This document shows, in pieces, positions 61,578-64,000 of a DNA stretch of 64,000 bases (position 1 is its first letter; each line of letters begins with the position of its first letter). A program made the position numbers and the translations under genes. The notes under the pieces are model-generated. The model made no database searches and was not told the DNA's origin. It saw only the letters and a program-made list of their open reading frames with translations. The stretch lies in NCBI GenBank assembly GCA_964610835.1, contig CAZSWK010000001.1, positions 23,843 to 87,842 of the forward strand. The letters are read 5' to 3'. Source of the stretch: an uncultured Anaerolineaceae bacterium. Its GTDB lineage: Bacteria; Chloroflexota; Limnocylindria; Limnocylindrales; CSP1-4.

Positions 61578-61836
61578 GCGCCCGCGCGCGGGCCAGCATC
61601 GCATCCATCGGGAAGCTGATCCTCTCAGGCTGCGCGTCGTCGCTGAACTCCTGCGCGGCGCTGGCGCGCAGCGCTGCCTGATCGGCCGGGGGGAGCCGAT
61701 CGACATGCCCGCGGAGCTCCATCGCGCGGATCCACTGCCACCACACGCCGGCGTCAGCGAGCTCGACGTGACACGGCTCGACGCGGATCGATCTGGCGCG
61801 GCGTGCCACAGCGTTGATCGACCCCACCGGCGACAT
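61564..61836 (-). CDS. hypothetical protein (90 aa)
   Basis: Hand translation shows strong G/C third-position bias (~85%) in this frame from 61836 down to the stop at 61564, and loss of that bias upstream. I recognise no family. The 3' end overlaps the convergent cyclase-STAND gene by 14 nt. Confidence 0.35.
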   Translation of the reverse strand: MSPVGSINAVARRARSIRVEPCHVELADAGVWWQWIRAMELRGHVDRLPPADQAALRASAAQEFSDDAQPERISFPMDAMLARARAPTPG

Positions 61837-62044
61837 CCTCGTTGCCGGACGATGCCACGAGACCCTGGCAAACCTGCTGGCCGCGCCGGTGCGAAACTGG
61901 AGCCGCACAGCACGAACTCGCCGTGGCACATGAACTGTTCGCGCGGAAGGGTTATGTCCCGGGTGAGTCTCGGACCCGAGAGCAGCTGGCCCGGTTGGCC
62001 AAGGCCGCCAAGTAGACTGGTCGCCCAGTAGCGGCGAGGCGGAC

Positions 62045-63757
62045 TTGGCTAAGACGGCGGACCAGGTGCAGACGAATGCACTCATCGAGCTGATCCGCGC
62101 TTCGGTCATCGGCGACGATGAGGCGGTCGCCGGACCATTCGGCCTGCGCCGCGTGACCTACGCGGATTACACGGCGTCGGGGCGCAGCCTGACCTTCGTC
62201 GAGGATTACCTGCGCGACGCGGTCATGCCCCTGTATGCCAACACACACACCGAATCGAGCGGCACTGGCCTGCAGACGACTCGATTTCGTGAGGAAGCGC
62301 GGCGCATCGTGCGCGAGGCGCTGGGTGGCAACGAGCAGGAGCACGCGCTGATCTTCTGCGGCTCGGGTTCGACCGGCGCTGTCGACAGGCTGGTGGCGAT
62401 CCTCAACCTGCGCCTGCCAGCCGACCTCGCCGATCGCTACCGGCTCCTGGACGCCGTCCCGCCCGACGAGCGCCCGGTGGTCTTCATCGGCCCCTACGAG
62501 CACCATTCCAACGAGCTGCCCTGGCGGGAGTCGATTGCCGACGTGGCCACCATCCCCGAGGACGCCGACGGACATGTCGATCTGGTCGAACTCGAGCGCA
62601 GCCTCGAGCAGTACGCGGAGCGTCCGCTGAAGATCGGCAGCTTCTCCGCCGCCAGCAACGTGACCGGCATCGTGTCCGACACCCGCGCGATCTCGAGCCT
62701 GCTGCACCGCCACGGAGCGCTGTCCTTCTGGGACTTCGCCGCCGCTGCTCCGTACGTCGATGTCGAGATGAGCCCGCACCGCCGCGGCGATCCACTCGAC
62801 TACAAGGACGCCATCTTCGTGTCACCGCACAAGCTGATCGGCGGGCCGGGCACACCCGGGGTGCTGCTGGCGCGCCGTGAGCTGCTGCACAACCGGGTCC
62901 CCGCAGTCGTCGGCGGCGGGACCGTCGCGTACGTCAACCCGGAGGAGCACGTCTACCTGGCCGACGCCGAGCACCGGGAGGAGGGCGGCACGCCGGCGAT
63001 TCTCGAGTCGATCAGGGCCGGACTCGTCTTTCAGCTCAAGGAGCAGGTCGGCGTTCCCGCCATCCGCGCGCGTGAGGAGTCTTTCATCGGCCGCGCGATC
63101 GAGCGCTGGGAGCGCCACCCGAACATCGAGATCCTGGGCAACCGGCGGGCCGAGCGGCTGTCTATCGTCTCGTTCGTTGTCCGCCACCAGCCCCGCTACC
63201 TGCACCACAACTTCGTGGTTGCCGTGCTCAACGACCTGTTCGGCATCCAGTCACGCGGCGGCTGCTCGTGTGCCGGGCCTTATGGCCACCGCCTGTTGGG
63301 CATAGATATCGATACCTCGCACGAGTTCGAGCGCGCGATCGGCCGCGGCTGCGAGGGCATCAAGCCGGGCTGGGTGAGGGTCAACTTCAACTACTTCATC
63401 GGCGAGGAGGTCTTCGACTTCATCCTGCAGGCAGTCGAGATCGTCGCCAGCGACGGCTGGAAGCTGCTCCCGCAGTACAGATTCGATGCCCCGACGGGCC
63501 TCTGGCGTCATGCAGCCGGCCTGGCCGAGCCGCCCCTCAGCCTCGCCGACATCGACTACTCATCGGGCCGCATGGCGTACTCGGCGCACCGGCACCGCGA
63601 GCCTGCGTCGCGCCTGGCCGACTACCTGGCCGAGGCACGCGCGATGCTCTCCGCGCCGTCGCGGGCCGCCCAGCCGGTGGTCGACCCCGAACTGGACCCG
63701 GACGTCGAGGCCCTGCGCTGGTTTCCGCTACCGGGAGAGATCACCCTGCACGGCTAG
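62045..63757 (+). CDS. aminotransferase class V-fold PLP-dependent enzyme (cysteine desulfurase/selenocysteine lyase-like) with a C-terminal extension
   Basis: 'VTYADYTASGRSLTFVEDYLRDAVMPLYANTHTE', 'IFCGSGSTGAV' and the PLP-Lys region 'IFVSPHKLIGGPGTPGVL' are present. The 570-aa length makes it ~150 aa longer than IscS/SufS-type enzymes. The start is TTG. Confidence 0.8.
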   Translation: MAKTADQVQTNALIELIRASVIGDDEAVAGPFGLRRVTYADYTASGRSLTFVEDYLRDAVMPLYANTHTESSGTGLQTTRFREEARRIVREALGGNEQEHALIFCGSGSTGAVDRLVAILNLRLPADLADRYRLLDAVPPDERPVVFIGPYEHHSNELPWRESIADVATIPEDADGHVDLVELERSLEQYAERPLKIGSFSAASNVTGIVSDTRAISSLLHRHGALSFWDFAAAAPYVDVEMSPHRRGDPLDYKDAIFVSPHKLIGGPGTPGVLLARRELLHNRVPAVVGGGTVAYVNPEEHVYLADAEHREEGGTPAILESIRAGLVFQLKEQVGVPAIRAREESFIGRAIERWERHPNIEILGNRRAERLSIVSFVVRHQPRYLHHNFVVAVLNDLFGIQSRGGCSCAGPYGHRLLGIDIDTSHEFERAIGRGCEGIKPGWVRVNFNYFIGEEVFDFILQAVEIVASDGWKLLPQYRFDAPTGLWRHAAGLAEPPLSLADIDYSSGRMAYSAHRHREPASRLADYLAEARAMLSAPSRAAQPVVDPELDPDVEALRWFPLPGEITLHG

Positions 63758-64000
63758 CCCGGCTCCTCATCACCGCCGGCGTCCCGCGTCCAGCCCAGGT
63801 GCTTGCGCAGCCAGCCAACAGACGCGAGGTGGTACGTGGCCTCGTCGTCGTAAGGCGGCAGCGCCTCCACGTCGGTGGGGGACAGGGAGGTGTTGACGGC
63901 TGAGGCTGTCAGGCCGGCAACATCTTCCGCGTCGAGCATCACGTCATGGTGGTTGGGGATTGCCACCCGGATCCCGTGGAAGATGTCCTCCTCATCGGAA
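63754..64000 (-). CDS. hypothetical protein, C-terminal part (gene continues beyond the window)
   Basis: The frame is open to the window edge ('...EEDIFHGIRVAIPNHHDVMLDAEDV...'). The stop overlaps the stop of the convergent PLP-enzyme gene. I recognise no family. Confidence 0.4.
   Translation of the reverse strand, partial: SDEEDIFHGIRVAIPNHHDVMLDAEDVAGLTASAVNTSLSPTDVEALPPYDDEATYHLASVGWLRKHLGWTRDAGGDEEPG

Noticed and set aside
61420-62031. A 203-aa plus-strand ORF spanning the end of the cyclase-STAND gene and the following gap.
   Set aside because: Its product is Arg/Pro/Gly-rich with no motifs. It overlaps the in-frame end of a supported gene in a different frame, and it is antisense to a minus-strand frame with much better codon bias (61564..61836).
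1-64000. A search by eye for tRNA/rRNA genes, CRISPR repeat arrays, IS elements or transposases, integrases and long direct or inverted repeats.
   Set aside because: I found no T-loop/anticodon-arm-like cloverleaf candidates, no regularly spaced repeats, and no DDE, tyrosine or serine recombinase motifs in any ORF. Absence by eye is not proof. tRNAscan/Infernal, a CRISPR finder and a self-dot-plot would be the decisive checks.

Overview
This is a high-GC bacterial chromosomal window of roughly 70% GC. Gene content and order look Actinomycetota-like: an infB-rbfA-DHH phosphoesterase-truB-ribF-rpsO-pnp block, an AAC(2')-I homologue, DUF3558-type lipoproteins and an F420-type LLM oxidoreductase. 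That taxonomic placement is inference from the sequence only.

Bases 1 to ~20.8 kb hold a plus-strand housekeeping run:
- translation and RNA decay: IF-2 C-terminus, RbfA, DHH/NrnA-like protein, TruB, RibF, S15, PNPase;
- a small secreted protein with an OmpR/HK two-component pair;
- family-4 UDG, RNase J, FtsK, a RodZ-like HTH protein, CinA-C/PncC, a Mur ligase, YajQ and a TPP enzyme.

Bases ~20.8 to 64 kb are more accessory-like:
- a MarR plus two-gene ABC exporter operon, a secreted beta-helix protein, GNATs and a CrtI-like oxidoreductase;
- a large AAA-TPR-LuxR regulator followed by three uncharacterised genes, two of them lipoproteins;
- SppA, XthA, prolyl aminopeptidase, a DRG/Obg-like GTPase, a SnoaL-like protein and AAC(2');
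- an S51-like hydrolase fused to a CysRS-type C-terminal tail;
- DUF1801, an LLM oxidoreductase, cydAB, a truncated SDR remnant and a LiaF-like protein;
- a secreted HExxH-FN3 protease, a flavodoxin and an MFS transporter;
- two class III cyclase-STAND proteins with small partners (SRPBCC, DinB, CoA-binding, TMEM175, YcaQ) and a class V PLP enzyme.

I recognised no rRNA, tRNA, CRISPR array, transposase or integrase.

The most unusual observation is that the pnp ORF (863 aa) carries an apparently complete, catalytically intact DEDDh (DnaQ/RNase T/Orn-like) 3'-5' exonuclease module inserted between its two RNase PH cores.

Secondary leads:
- SD-sequestering leaders before pnp, rpsO and the GTPase, the last with an 18-codon uORF;
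- a UDG ending in an acidic tail plus a QLGLF clamp-type motif;
- two compact STAND-regulator operons with uncharacterised partners;
- the S51/CysRS-tail fusion.

The many long antisense ORFs in the track are high-GC artefacts.
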